Of a DNA stretch of 64,000 nt, positions 49,182 through 59,691 are shown one piece after another. The position numbers and the translations under genes were made by a program. A model generated the notes under the pieces. It saw nothing but the letters and a program-made list of their open reading frames with translations. It was not told where the DNA came from and did no database searches. The number at the start of each line of letters is the position of its first letter. Position 1 is the first letter of the stretch. This DNA is from an uncultured bacterium. GTDB taxonomy: Bacteria > Zixibacteria > MSB-5A5 > CAIYYT01. Location: NCBI GenBank assembly GCA_963726455.1, contig CAVSCK010000004.1:32001-96000 (forward strand), in the 5' to 3' direction.

Positions 49182-50921
49182 CTACTTTAGCAGTAGCATC
49201 TTACGGGTTAGCGAGACCTCCTGCGTTAACAGTCTGTAGAAGTATATCCCGGACGGAAGAGAAGCGCCGTTGCGCGTGCGGGTCGACCAGACAAATTCGT
49301 GCCGCCCGGCCGGAAGCTCGTCATCAAACAGCTCTTCAACTTCTTCGCCCAGCACGTTGTAAACCGACAGATTGACATGTCCCGTGTGCGGTAATCCGAA
49401 ACTGATCACGGTCTCCGGATTGAACGGATTGGGAAAGTTCTGATCCAGTTCATAGCTTTTCGGTATGCTGTTCGCGAAATTGTAATCGTTGACGTCTGCC
49501 GCCAAAGAGACGGTCAAGTCCGCAGTCATTGTGTCTCTGCTGCCCGAAATGTTCCCGACTGCCACCAGCGTGCCGTTGCCCAGATAATCATCCGACGAAG
49601 GCCCGGTTACTCCGGAGAAGGACATTTTGGCGGTTGACCCGGGAAAGGGGTCTCCACTGTTGCCGTAGTCGAAATTCTTTTCGAGGAAATAGAGGTTGTC
49701 CGCCTGCTCCAATGCCACGAGATAGTGGCCGGTCAGAGTGTGGCCGGGATACCATTCATTATCGTTACCGGTTTCGCCCGGCACACTTTCATCGACATGC
49801 CAGATCAGCAGGCCGTCATTGGGCAGATAAGTATCGTAACCGCTGCGCTGGCGATTCTCGATCAGGAAATATTGATCGCCGATCGTTCCGTTGGTCCAGA
49901 GGCGGAATATCGAACCGGAGCTATTGCTTTCGACGTCGAGTATTGACTGTGCTGTCACGTTACCGACGACATTGCTTGCCGACGCGAATCCCGACTGCAC
50001 GCGACACCAGGCGTCCGGTTCGGCCGGCGAACCACCCATGCCGCCCGGACCGTTCCAGGAACCGCCCGCCATTAGCGACCACTTGCCAAGCCCTCGGGAA
50101 GAGTAATCGGTGTCATACAGGTCCGGCAGTCCCAGCAGCAAGTGCCCTATTTCGTGCACGAACACGCCCAGCGTGATGTCGCCGGGAGTCGACCAGTATT
50201 CCGGCATCATGCTGTAACCCCAAACAAATTTGCCGTCCTTTGTCATCGGACTGCGTGTGCACCACTGGTGCGACCAAATCAGGTTGGGATCACCGCCGGC
50301 AAATTCGGCGCCCGGGCCGGTGTGAACTATTACCACGCCGTCGACGTAACCGTCGCCGTCGTTGTCGTAATTCGCAAAATTCACGACCGGATCGATCAAG
50401 TTGATAACGTCTTCGGCCAGCTTCTGCGCGTTCTGCGGGTATGACGAATAGCTAAGCCCGTTTTCGCCGTTGCAGTAGTATGCATACGTCTGCGGCGCTG
50501 CCAGCCAGCCGATGGTGGAAGGCAGATTGACCGTTACGATATCGAAAGTGTTATAAGATACTTCGTTGTAATAGTGGCGTACGGAGCCGACTTGATTTAC
50601 GAACATCAACGTATCAAAGGCACCCGGCTCAACGCTCTGAGTCTTGTCGGAAAACTCCACAAGCACACAGAGCACGTTGCGAGTCGTGGTCGTTTGGCCT
50701 GCTTTGTGCAGCCCCTGGCTGATTGGCAGTCGGCTCGGCGAGTCCACTCCGTGGCTCAGTATTTCAGCGCGATGAGAAAGGGCATAGGGCGCCGCAATCT
50801 TCCCGGAGGCGATCGCATCAATCACATCCGGATGAGGAGGCATGGCAGCCACCTTTGCGCTCAGAACCAGAAGAACAATTATTCCCAAAGCCCCTAAGAG
50901 AGTACATGTGCGCTTTCTCAC
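49182..50921 (-). CDS. M6 family (immune inhibitor A-like) metalloprotease with T9SS/FlgD CTD
   Basis: GTG start after AAGGAGG; MPPHP, YY.EVSY, HEIGH.LLGLPDLYD, YFLIENR, GLLIWH and QNFPNPFNP motifs. Confidence 0.93.
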   Translation of the reverse strand: MRKRTCTLLGALGIIVLLVLSAKVAAMPPHPDVIDAIASGKIAAPYALSHRAEILSHGVDSPSRLPISQGLHKAGQTTTTRNVLCVLVEFSDKTQSVEPGAFDTLMFVNQVGSVRHYYNEVSYNTFDIVTVNLPSTIGWLAAPQTYAYYCNGENGLSYSSYPQNAQKLAEDVINLIDPVVNFANYDNDGDGYVDGVVIVHTGPGAEFAGGDPNLIWSHQWCTRSPMTKDGKFVWGYSMMPEYWSTPGDITLGVFVHEIGHLLLGLPDLYDTDYSSRGLGKWSLMAGGSWNGPGGMGGSPAEPDAWCRVQSGFASASNVVGNVTAQSILDVESNSSGSIFRLWTNGTIGDQYFLIENRQRSGYDTYLPNDGLLIWHVDESVPGETGNDNEWYPGHTLTGHYLVALEQADNLYFLEKNFDYGNSGDPFPGSTAKMSFSGVTGPSSDDYLGNGTLVAVGNISGSRDTMTADLTVSLAADVNDYNFANSIPKSYELDQNFPNPFNPETVISFGLPHTGHVNLSVYNVLGEEVEELFDDELPAGRHEFVWSTRTRNGASLPSGIYFYRLLTQEVSLTRKMLLLK

Positions 50922-50936
50922 CTGAACCTCCTTCAA

Positions 50937-52214
50937 TCAAAACTCAAGAATTGTGGAAAGTGCAAACTGGCCGCCGTTACCACCCCATGGCACCAGTCTC
51001 GATGCCGACGCATAAGCCAGGTCAAGCTTGATTGGTCCCAGACCAAGTCCGATTCCGACGCTCGCCGACTTGTCGTCGATTCCACCGACCGCCAGACCGG
51101 TACGCAGTGCCGCGAACCCGAGTGCCAGGTACTCGACGCCACAAGCCAGTCGCGGAGTTTTCGAGGCGAAGGCAGATTCTTCAAAGCCCTGTTTCAGACT
51201 AGCCGCCGCCAACAGTTTGCCGAAGCTGCGCGAAGCGCCAAATTGGATTTCCATCGGTGGACGAGTATGTATGGAGCCCACCGCAACCTTGTGGTCTTCC
51301 GAAGTCCACACCGTGTCGTCACCGGAGTTTTCAACCGTGACGTTTTCGAAGTCAAATGTATAGACCGTCTTTTCCAAATCGCGATTCCAGTTCAGTGAGG
51401 CCAGGAGATTTTTAAAGACCAGTCCATACTGGGCGTGCTCGCCCATGGCTACGAGTCCGAAATCCACGGCATATCCGCGACCACCAAGTGACTGCAGAGT
51501 TGTCATGCCGCCATTTCCGGAAAATCCGGTTGTCAGTGTAATGGCCTGAGCAGTCAAGCCCTCAACTGAGTAGTAAGCCAGTCCGTGCAAGTATTTGACC
51601 GTGGCACCGGCAGCAATGTCCCAATGGCTGGTCGTTGCCACCCTGGTTCCGTAACTGATACCGACTGCCAGAGCGCTCCAGCCCCTGCCGTCACTACCTT
51701 CGGCAGTGACTGTTTCCCCCATCTTATTGCCCATCAAAGCCAGTTCGATTGGATCCTTGGGCAATGTCCCTTTTCCGCCACCGATAACTTCCGCCGTCAG
51801 CGCCATCGAAGACGCCGCAAAAGATAGGGCACTGACGTTTCCTCGGAAATTGACGTCCAATCCGCCGGCGGGAATCTTGTCGAGGATTGTCTGCTTGTCG
51901 GCGGTTGTCAGATAAGCGCCGTTGTACTTGTTGTAGTCAGCCAAACTAAAGGCGTTGTTGGCAACGAGTCCGGAGACTGAAACCAATTTCAGCGATGGGC
52001 GCCTGCTGCCGGGCATGGCCAGATTGGCTGGATTAGCTGTCGCTGCCTCGCAGTTGGATGACTCGAGCAGGTAGCTCCCCGCCATACCCAGCGAGCGTGC
52101 ACTCGGGGCTGATTGCGCTAGCAGCAATCCGGGCAGGATCAGCAATGCGACTGCCACGATCAGTGACAAGGCGATTACGCCTGCGAATTTCCGTTGCTTC
52201 GTTTTGTTTTCCAT
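50937..52214 (-). CDS. Outer-membrane beta-barrel, FadL/PorV/TraF-like (DUF5723-like)
   Basis: ARSLGMAG....NPANLA N-terminus, G..VKY..G, G.G...D.G, LRTG.., LDLAY motifs; C-terminal Phe. Confidence 0.7.
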   Translation of the reverse strand: MENKTKQRKFAGVIALSLIVAVALLILPGLLLAQSAPSARSLGMAGSYLLESSNCEAATANPANLAMPGSRRPSLKLVSVSGLVANNAFSLADYNKYNGAYLTTADKQTILDKIPAGGLDVNFRGNVSALSFAASSMALTAEVIGGGKGTLPKDPIELALMGNKMGETVTAEGSDGRGWSALAVGISYGTRVATTSHWDIAAGATVKYLHGLAYYSVEGLTAQAITLTTGFSGNGGMTTLQSLGGRGYAVDFGLVAMGEHAQYGLVFKNLLASLNWNRDLEKTVYTFDFENVTVENSGDDTVWTSEDHKVAVGSIHTRPPMEIQFGASRSFGKLLAAASLKQGFEESAFASKTPRLACGVEYLALGFAALRTGLAVGGIDDKSASVGIGLGLGPIKLDLAYASASRLVPWGGNGGQFALSTILEF

Positions 52215-52216
52215 AT

Positions 52217-54187
52217 TTAGTCCTTCCCTCCGACGCGGGCAGTGATTTCGACAATGCTGTTCATAGTGAAGTAGTCAGACGCCCGCAGCAGGACGGTCTG
52301 GTTATTAGTTCCGGGAAGCGTTATCAGCGGCGCCACATAGAGCGACCGGTTTGTAAAGACGCGCAATTCGTCGGCCGTGAGATTGACCGTGTTTTCGGAC
52401 ACGATTGGCTCCGTGACAATGCCGTCGCCGTTGACGACTGCCTGGTCAAAACCGACCGGGCCGATCGTCGCCAAAGGATTGGTGAACACGGTGGCGGAGT
52501 CGGTGCCGATATAGACCGTGATCTGCGCGCCCAGCGGCAGATGATTGGTAATCGTCGATCTAAACACGCCATTCTGCAAACGGTCAGCGCGATCTGCTAT
52601 GTCGGCGTCGACCTCGACGAAGTTCTTGTCACCTTGCACGGTCGATTCCAGAATCTTGACCTGCATCGGCGCCGAAATTGCCGCATGAGCGGACAAACGG
52701 TCGTCCTTCGTGACATGTACTTCCGTGACGCCATCGCCGATCGTGGCGGTTCCACTGATCGTAATCGTATTCGGCATGGGCGTAAGCAGATCGGCCAATT
52801 GATCGCTGTGAATATGGTTGGTCGACGGGACTTGCTGTGTGCCGGCAGTAATGCTTCCTGAAACATCCAGATGCTTGCCGTTGGAAGCCGTGAGACCTAG
52901 AGTCACGTTACCCGACAGTTCGGAATAGTTCTGAACAGTGATATCCATCTCGACCAATGCCAGGACAACATTTTCGAATCCGGTAGGGACGTCGATGGCA
53001 ACTTGCTGATTGTCCCATTGGATCGACGTGGGTCGAATGACACCGTCCGCCGATTCGAATCTCCAGCTGGTCCAGCGTGAATCCGAAGGTGAATCCGTCG
53101 TTGGAATTGACGGTGACGTAATTGTCGCCGGATGAAAACACGGTCGTCCTCAATTGGTCCTGATCGAGTCGCTTTGCGGTTGGATCGTCCAACCGGAAAG
53201 ACTGCGTGTTTCATGAACCGAGCCATAAGCATTCACCGGAATCGTCAGCGATAACGGTGTGCCACCGCTGGTGATGTTCGGGAACGACGCGACTATCTCG
53301 GTGCTCACGCCGAGATGATTCTGAATTGTGAAATCGAGGTTGCCGGCTACCATAGACGCCGACAACAAACGGAAATCATCCGAGAGAGATGTGTTCTGTA
53401 CATATTGGTGCGAGAATTGGGATACCTTTCCCGTAACTGAGCTTGCGCGCAGCTCGCCGGTAAAACCGAACTCAAAGTCGATCGAGCGTCCCGCCAGTGA
53501 AAGCGCCAAACCGCCCGGTGTGTGGAAGTAGACATCGAGGCCGCATTCATTGTGAACTGTCTTGCCCGACAGCGGTAATGTGTCAACGAAACTGGAGCCG
53601 TCAGCCAACGCCTGTGGCACTGTAAATGTGCCGAGCAGCGCGGCAGTGGCCGGGTCGCGAACCTCGCCCCTTAACGAATCAAGAGTGAAGCCGGTGTTAT
53701 TGACGGTTGTGACAATTAGCCCGCCCTCGGTGATTACCGCCTCGGCGAACGAAGTATTCGGACCCACGGTCTTGTTTACTTGCAGGCCGGTATCCGGAAT
53801 TTCGCCGGCAATCAGGGGCACATAGTCTGAAAATGCAATTTGTTGTGCCATGGCAGGTGGCGGCGGAACTGTAATCACGCCGACCTGCTTATCGAATTGT
53901 GACGACGAACCGGACACTGCCAGGACCGCGTCCATCGATAATGAGTCGAGATTCTTTTCTACCAGGAAAGAACTGTTACCCGACGAATCCGAAACGATGT
54001 TGTCGGTTGCCAGCTTGGCAAACAATTCCCTAGTTGTATAGGTTTTGTCAATGAGGGGGAGACGAATAGTCGTGTCCCAGCTCGGCGCTTGCGGCGATTT
54101 GACTGAGCAACCGGCCAGCATGAACGTTGTCAGAATCAGTAGCGCTGCCGGTTGTTTCAGTATTGAAACAGAAGAACGTTCTTTCAT
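52217..54187 (-). pseudogene. Large beta-rich lipoprotein, split by two frameshifts (about 53155 and 53060)
   Basis: Lipobox LAGC then PSWD....PL; ORFs 53150-54187, 52908-53192, 52903-53232 and 52217-52957 join into one reading. Confidence 0.75.
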
Positions 54188-54232
54188 TTGTTAGACCCTC
54201 CCATAGGTGATGCCCTCTGAAGGGTCTGTTTG

Positions 54233-54248
54233 TGCAACTGCCGTGCCG
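54233..54248 (-). promoter_or_regulatory. Sigma54 (-24/-12) promoter
   Basis: CGGCAC-GGCAG-TTGCA with exact GG-N10-GC spacing, about 45 bp upstream of ATG 54187. Confidence 0.7.
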
Positions 54249-54596
54249 CAGGGCCGTGCTTATGGCTCCCGTTGAGATGCAGAGACTTGACGGAAATTCG
54301 GAAGATGCCTAGACAAGCTGGTGGCGCATAAGTGTAGGATGATCCCAATAGCGTGGGGATTTCGAACGCAGCCGGAACGTCATCTGAACGCCTTGGCATT
54401 CACTGTCTTGCGTTTCAGGTTGCGACATGCCTACTTGACAATCCGAAGTGGACGCGAGATCGCTGGTTCCTACGAGCCAGAAAAAGTGAATGTGATGGGC
54501 GCAAATCAGTTGCCCGGAAGGTGGGTCATCAGTTATTATGTTTGGCTGAGGTCAGGGGGCTGATAATTCCAGACGGACCGTCGTTGCGGAGGATAC

Positions 54597-55154
54597 ATGA
54601 TTTCGACAAGTGATTTTAGAATCGGCATGAGAATAGCGATCGAGGGTGACCCATATTATATCGTCGACTTCTTGCGTTCCCAGACGGGGCGAGGCAGGGC
54701 GAACGTCTGGACCAAGCTGAAAAACATCAAGACCGGGCAGGTAATCGAACGCACTTTCACTTCCGGCGAAACTTTCGATATGCCCGATTTCAGTCACAAG
54801 CGGACACAATACCTGTACGCCAACGAGGGCGAGTGGTTCTTCATGGACACGGAAACGTACGACCAGTTTTCGCTCACCAAGGAACAGCTCGGCGACTACA
54901 CGCAATACCTCAAGGAAAACGGCGAATACACGATTCTCTACTTCGAGGGCCAGCCGATCAACCTCGACATGCCGACCTCGGTAGTTCTCAAAGTCGTCAC
55001 CACGGAGCCCGCCGTTCGTGGTGATTCCGTCTCGAATATCCAGAAAGGCGCCACCCTGGAGACCGGCATTGAAGTCAAGGTGCCGCTTTTCATCAAGGAA
55101 GGCGATTCTATCAAGGTCGACACCCGCACCGGTAAATACCTCGAACGCGCCTAG
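54597..55154 (+). CDS. efp: Elongation factor P
   Basis: Three-domain EF-P pattern; FMD.ETYDQ, TEP..RGD.....K.A.LETG..V.VPLFI..GD.IKVDTR.G.Y..R. Confidence 0.95.
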   Translation: MISTSDFRIGMRIAIEGDPYYIVDFLRSQTGRGRANVWTKLKNIKTGQVIERTFTSGETFDMPDFSHKRTQYLYANEGEWFFMDTETYDQFSLTKEQLGDYTQYLKENGEYTILYFEGQPINLDMPTSVVLKVVTTEPAVRGDSVSNIQKGATLETGIEVKVPLFIKEGDSIKVDTRTGKYLERA

Positions 55155-55163
55155 GAAAGCCCA

Positions 55164-55809
55164 TTGACCGATTACGTCGCCGGAGTCGATGAGTCCGGCA
55201 AAGGGGACTTTTTCGGCCCGCTGGTTGTCGCATCCGCGGCCGTTAGCGTGTTGGAACGCCCGTTACTTGAAGATCTTTACGTCCGCGATTCCAAGAAGAT
55301 TTCCGACAAACGGTCGCTAGTTATTGCGGCAGCAGCTCAAGAAACACATACCTCATGCCATCGTCGTTATTATGCCAGAGAAGTATAACGAACTATACCT
55401 CAAGATCGGCAATCTGAACCGATTGCTGGCCTGGGGACACGCGCGCGCCATCGAGAACCTGCTGGAGAAAGTTGAATGCCAGACGGTCATCAGCGATCAA
55501 TTTGCCAAAGAGGAATTGTTGGAGCGGTCCCTGATGGAAAAAGGCCGGTCAATCAAGCTGATTCAGCAGGTCAGGGGCGAAAGCGAGTTGCCGGTTGCGG
55601 CTGCATCCGTATTGGCACGCGCTGAGTTCATCAGCATTCTCAGTCGTCTCTCCGAGAAATGGAGTCTTGACCTTCCCAAAGGCGCCGGACCGCAGGTGGA
55701 TGCGGCCGGCAAACAGTATATCCTCAAGCACGGCGAGGAAAAGCTGAATCAAGTCGCCAAACTTCACTTCAAGAACCTACAAAAGATTCGCGCGCTGGTC
55801 GGGCGATAG
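55164..55809 (+). CDS. rnhC: Ribonuclease HIII, frameshifted near 55330 as assembled
   Basis: GVDESGKGDFFGPL and DSKK in the first frame; YN..Y....NLN.LLAW.H, DQF, VAAAS.LAR, LPKGA and AKLHF in the second. Confidence 0.88.
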
Positions 55810-55946
55810 CTTTCCGGGTGTCTGTCCCGGATTTCGAGTCACGGAAATACCGGCTTTTTCCCGCAACACTCCCTGTAAAGTAAAACCTCCGCAAAAACTG
55901 CCGATACTTTATCAGTCAACAACTTAATCACTGACAGGGGAGTCTG

Positions 55947-57986
55947 ATGGTGTTAGCGGAGTATTTCTTTCTGGTGCTCCTGGTGTTGGTCAGTTATTCG
56001 ACCTACCGGGCGAAAGAGCGATATTTTTACAGATCACAGGATAGCTACAATAAGATAATGACCGGAATAGTCTTCTGGCTGTTGATGTTATTCGTGCGGG
56101 TGCTCGCCGGCAACGGCATCCTGCAGCACTTACCGGTTGCCAATCAGGCGGAATACCATTACCTCACTGAGGCATTTCTACTGGTTACGGGCGGATTGCT
56201 ATTGGCGATGGGCTCGTACGAGTGGATTGCAAGTATGGCCTCAGCCGATCACACTTCGACGAAATACCGCAAGTATCTCGATCTGCTTTCGTCAGCAGCC
56301 GATTCTGTCCGCAAAGAAAGCGATCCGGCGCGACTACAAACCAAGTTAAGTGATCTGATCATGCATTTTACGGGAGCAGCCTCGGTCAGCTTCTATCGGT
56401 TCGATGAATCATCTGGTCAATTTGCGCCCACGGAACAGCGCCTCATGACGACAGCACTTACCTCTGAATTGCAGCAAATCTGCCGCGATTCTCTGCGAGC
56501 CGGCCATCTTTCCATTGTGCCGTTTGAGGCCTGCGAGGGTCGGAAACCGACCGTGATATTGCCTTTGAGAAAGGCAGAGCCACACGTGTTGCTGATCAAC
56601 TGGCAGAGGGGCGTCAAGATTGACATCGATCTGTTGCAGGTGCTTAATCTGCTGGCGGCACATCTTGCCGGGACTGCGCCAATTGCGCCGACAATTGTAG
56701 CTCCAAAGACCAAGACCGCAGAAATACTCGAAGAGCTTCGTGACGATCTGGCGGCAATCGACCGCGTTCAGGAGGCCGTCAATCTGATCGACAGTGCCCT
56801 TCGGCAAATCATGACCTACGATATTCTGCGAATCGCGTTGTTCGATGATCGTGGCTTCAACGTAACCCAGCATTGCCTGGGGCAGGGGAGAAGTCTGCTG
56901 ACGGAACGAAATCACTCAATCTCCACTCAGAAGACAAGTCTCGGACGGCTGTTCGTATCGCCGCAAGTGATCGCGACCGACTCTTTGGATGCCAGTTCAT
57001 ACGAGGATGATCGCTGGCTGAGTTCGTGCGGCTCGCGCCATGCCTTGACGATTCCCATTACCGTCGATGGCAAGGCCGTTGCGGCGGTGACACTCGCATC
57101 GGAGAACGAACCTCTGGACAAATCTATCGGCGAGCAAATTGCGCCGGCGCTTTCTGCCGCCATGCTGCCGTTGGTGCGAAGCGATAGCTATTCGCACCAG
57201 TTGGTCGCCTACAACAGGCAGGTGCTTGACCTGACAAGCACCTTGAAAAAACTTGTGTCCAACGAAGATGCGCTGGAATTTCTGAAAGAACTCGCCGAGA
57301 TTGCGGTCACGAAATTGCCCGCCACTTACTGTCGGCTCTGGCGCTTTGATTCCGAGCGCGAGACCCTGGAATTCGTTACCGACGCCCATTCGCGTGATGT
57401 CAGCAGCCAGGTTACCAGAGTTCAGTCTTTGCCGCTTTCCAAGACGCGCTGGCATAAGCTGGCTATTCAGGCCGGCCGCATGATGTTGATCAACCAACGC
57501 GAGGAACGCATGCAAATGGACGATCAGGAGCTGGTGGAATCGCTGGTAGTCGGTATGCAGTCTGCGATATTAGTCCCGATGATGATGGGCGGCGAACCGA
57601 TCGGCATTATGGCGATTGCCGAAATGCGCAACTGGGATCGACGCAGTTTCTCACTGTCCGACAGCTTGTTTGCGCGCGGACTGGCGAATATCGCTGCGCA
57701 GGCCTTGATGTCATTGACGACCGCAGAGCGCGTGGGACGGCTGAATCGCAGAATCGACCAGCTCGAAAAGGGCAAGCTGTTCGGCGAAGTGTTCATTGAT
57801 CTGCCTAAGCGCCTGGCGACGCCGTTGACGTCGATCATGGCCCGTACACAGCAGTTGATCGAGACGAATGGTGAAGCGGATGAGAAGACCACGCGCAACC
57901 TCGCGATCATCAAATTGCAGACTGAGAAGATGATGAACGAAGTGCGTACGCTGCAGGAAGTCCGCCGCGAGCAGGTGCACTCCTAA
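55947..57986 (+). CDS. Membrane GAF-domain sensor with a degenerate HisKA-like C-terminus
   Basis: Three TM segments, two to three GAF domains (S.ILVPM....PIG), ending in DLPKRLATPLTSI with no His and no HATPase. Confidence 0.75.
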   Translation: MVLAEYFFLVLLVLVSYSTYRAKERYFYRSQDSYNKIMTGIVFWLLMLFVRVLAGNGILQHLPVANQAEYHYLTEAFLLVTGGLLLAMGSYEWIASMASADHTSTKYRKYLDLLSSAADSVRKESDPARLQTKLSDLIMHFTGAASVSFYRFDESSGQFAPTEQRLMTTALTSELQQICRDSLRAGHLSIVPFEACEGRKPTVILPLRKAEPHVLLINWQRGVKIDIDLLQVLNLLAAHLAGTAPIAPTIVAPKTKTAEILEELRDDLAAIDRVQEAVNLIDSALRQIMTYDILRIALFDDRGFNVTQHCLGQGRSLLTERNHSISTQKTSLGRLFVSPQVIATDSLDASSYEDDRWLSSCGSRHALTIPITVDGKAVAAVTLASENEPLDKSIGEQIAPALSAAMLPLVRSDSYSHQLVAYNRQVLDLTSTLKKLVSNEDALEFLKELAEIAVTKLPATYCRLWRFDSERETLEFVTDAHSRDVSSQVTRVQSLPLSKTRWHKLAIQAGRMMLINQREERMQMDDQELVESLVVGMQSAILVPMMMGGEPIGIMAIAEMRNWDRRSFSLSDSLFARGLANIAAQALMSLTTAERVGRLNRRIDQLEKGKLFGEVFIDLPKRLATPLTSIMARTQQLIETNGEADEKTTRNLAIIKLQTEKMMNEVRTLQEVRREQVHS

Positions 57987-58027
57987 AGATAGCGCGACAG
58001 CTACTCGTCTCTGATTTTGGAAAAGCT

Positions 58028-58957
58028 CTAGAAATGCGCCAATGTTGCGGGAACGTATAATGTCGGATCGCTAATCGGCTCCGAAGCCATCATCAGCGTT
58101 ACTTCATCAATGTGGAATCCTGCCGCCATCAGCATCTTGATAATCTCCGCCTGACATCCTTGCACGAAGACGATTTGAAATGTTGCGTTCTGCGCCATAC
58201 TCCAATTGACCGCCTCCGCCAGAATCGACGAGAGGTATTCCGGTTTGGCGGCAACTGCGGGAGCTATCATGCCGCGACTGCTGACGACCGCATAGCCGAC
58301 CAGTTTGCGCCCGTCGAAGAATGCGAGCGTGCTGTAGGTCGGCTCGTTCAACCAGAACAAATGTTCCTCCGGACGCGCCAACTGTCGGGCGCGACGGTCG
58401 AGTTCTGTCAGGCGATTGACATATATCTCGTCGGTTACAATTTTCATCGACAACTTAACAGGCACACGCAGTTTCTTGAACGATGCCGCCGCATTGCGCT
58501 TGCGATCCATCGACAGCAGGGGACGTTGTGGAGGCATGCCCAGCTTGGAATATACTGCGACGGCCTGGGGATTGACGGCAAACGTCGCCAGCGCCCAGCG
58601 CCGGCAGTTGTTACTCCGGCCATATTTCATAGCTTTGTCGAGTAGTTTCTGTCCGAGTCCATGCGACTGTTGCAAGGGATCTACAAAAAGGAAGGCCAGA
58701 TACCACTCGTCTTCGCGTATTACTGCCATCGTAAAGCCGACGACCTTTCCCTTGGCGCCCACGGCCACGAAAGAGCCCTCTGGATCGGATTTCAACATGT
58801 GTACCAACAGAGGGGGGGGCTCTTTCAGTTTCGTGACCTTGGTGACCGACATTCCGCGCCGTCGCCGCAAATCGTTCGTCGTAGTCATAACGAGCGTGAT
58901 CGCATCAATGAGATCAGACTGCTTCGTGCGACGAATGGTGGGCTTCTTTTCAGGCAT
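58028..58957 (-). CDS. GNAT family N-acetyltransferase (tandem GNAT)
   Basis: LFVDP..Q..GLG..LL and A...Y.K.G motifs. Confidence 0.88.
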   Translation of the reverse strand: MPEKKPTIRRTKQSDLIDAITLVMTTTNDLRRRRGMSVTKVTKLKEPPPLLVHMLKSDPEGSFVAVGAKGKVVGFTMAVIREDEWYLAFLFVDPLQQSHGLGQKLLDKAMKYGRSNNCRRWALATFAVNPQAVAVYSKLGMPPQRPLLSMDRKRNAAASFKKLRVPVKLSMKIVTDEIYVNRLTELDRRARQLARPEEHLFWLNEPTYSTLAFFDGRKLVGYAVVSSRGMIAPAVAAKPEYLSSILAEAVNWSMAQNATFQIVFVQGCQAEIIKMLMAAGFHIDEVTLMMASEPISDPTLYVPATLAHF

Positions 58958-59127
58958 ATAACAAGGTACTGCAATGTGGCCCGACAAGTCAACTAATAAA
59001 CATTGATGGACGATTGCGCTCTGCCGGCTCAAACTACCCGCCCGCCTGCCCGCCAAATCCGCAGGGCGGTAAGGGGTGGGTGGGCAATATCCTTCCGGGA
59101 ACAAGGCAGAAATTGCGCTGTTTTTAT

Positions 59128-59156
59128 TTGACTGTAAGGGAGCCAGTCGTTAATAT
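59128..59156 (+). promoter_or_regulatory. Putative sigma70 promoter of the HNH-trpS operon
   Basis: TTGACT-N17-TAATAT. Confidence 0.55.
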
Positions 59157-59181
59157 TAGCGGGCAGGATTCTGGAGCACGA

Positions 59182-59688
59182 ATGCTGAACGACAACGTAC
59201 TGGTGGTGAACCAGAACTACGAACCTTTGATAACCACAAGCGTCAAGAGGGCTATTGTCCTCGTCTTCCTTGGAAAAGCTTCGATGGTGGAGGCCCGCCG
59301 TGGGCGTATGATACGCTCGGTTAGCCGCGTGTTTGAAGAACCGTCGATCGTCCGGCTGGAAGTCTACGCCCGTGTTCCTCACAAGCAAGTCATGCTCAAT
59401 CGCAAGAACATTATCAAACGCGACAATGGAACCTGCCAGTATTGCGGCACCACCGTCGGTGTCATGACCGTCGACCATGTCATCCCCAGACTGCGCGGCG
59501 GCGGCGACCACTGGGAGAACCTGGTGTGCGCCTGTGACAAATGCAATAACAAGAAGGGCAATCGCACTCCGGATGAAGCCGGGATGCGCTTGCATAAGAA
59601 ACCCCGTCGGCCCAGCAACCTGACCTTCATCCGCCAATTGGTCAGCAAGGGTGACGAGGTCTGGAAGAAATACCTCTTTGTGGGTTAA
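59182..59688 (+). CDS. HNH endonuclease family protein
   Basis: VLV.N..YEPL, R.NI..RD...CQYCG, T.DHVIP...GG...WENLV.AC..CN..KG.RTP.EAGM. Confidence 0.92.
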   Translation: MLNDNVLVVNQNYEPLITTSVKRAIVLVFLGKASMVEARRGRMIRSVSRVFEEPSIVRLEVYARVPHKQVMLNRKNIIKRDNGTCQYCGTTVGVMTVDHVIPRLRGGGDHWENLVCACDKCNNKKGNRTPDEAGMRLHKKPRRPSNLTFIRQLVSKGDEVWKKYLFVG

Positions 59689-59691
59689 TCA

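Noticed and set aside
54193-54227. Hairpin AGACCCT/AGGGTCT sequestering the lipoprotein RBS
   Set aside because: The predicted sigma54 start site falls within the 5' arm, so the full stem may not be transcribed
55320-55340. Programmed frameshift in rnhC
   Set aside because: No slippery heptamer or stimulatory structure; similar single-base insertions occur in unrelated genes (about 27708, 53155 and 63289), pointing to consensus errors
59040-59085. GC-rich hairpin in the divergent GNAT/HNH intergenic region as an ncRNA
   Set aside because: A single stem upstream of the promoter with no other support; more likely a REP-like remnant
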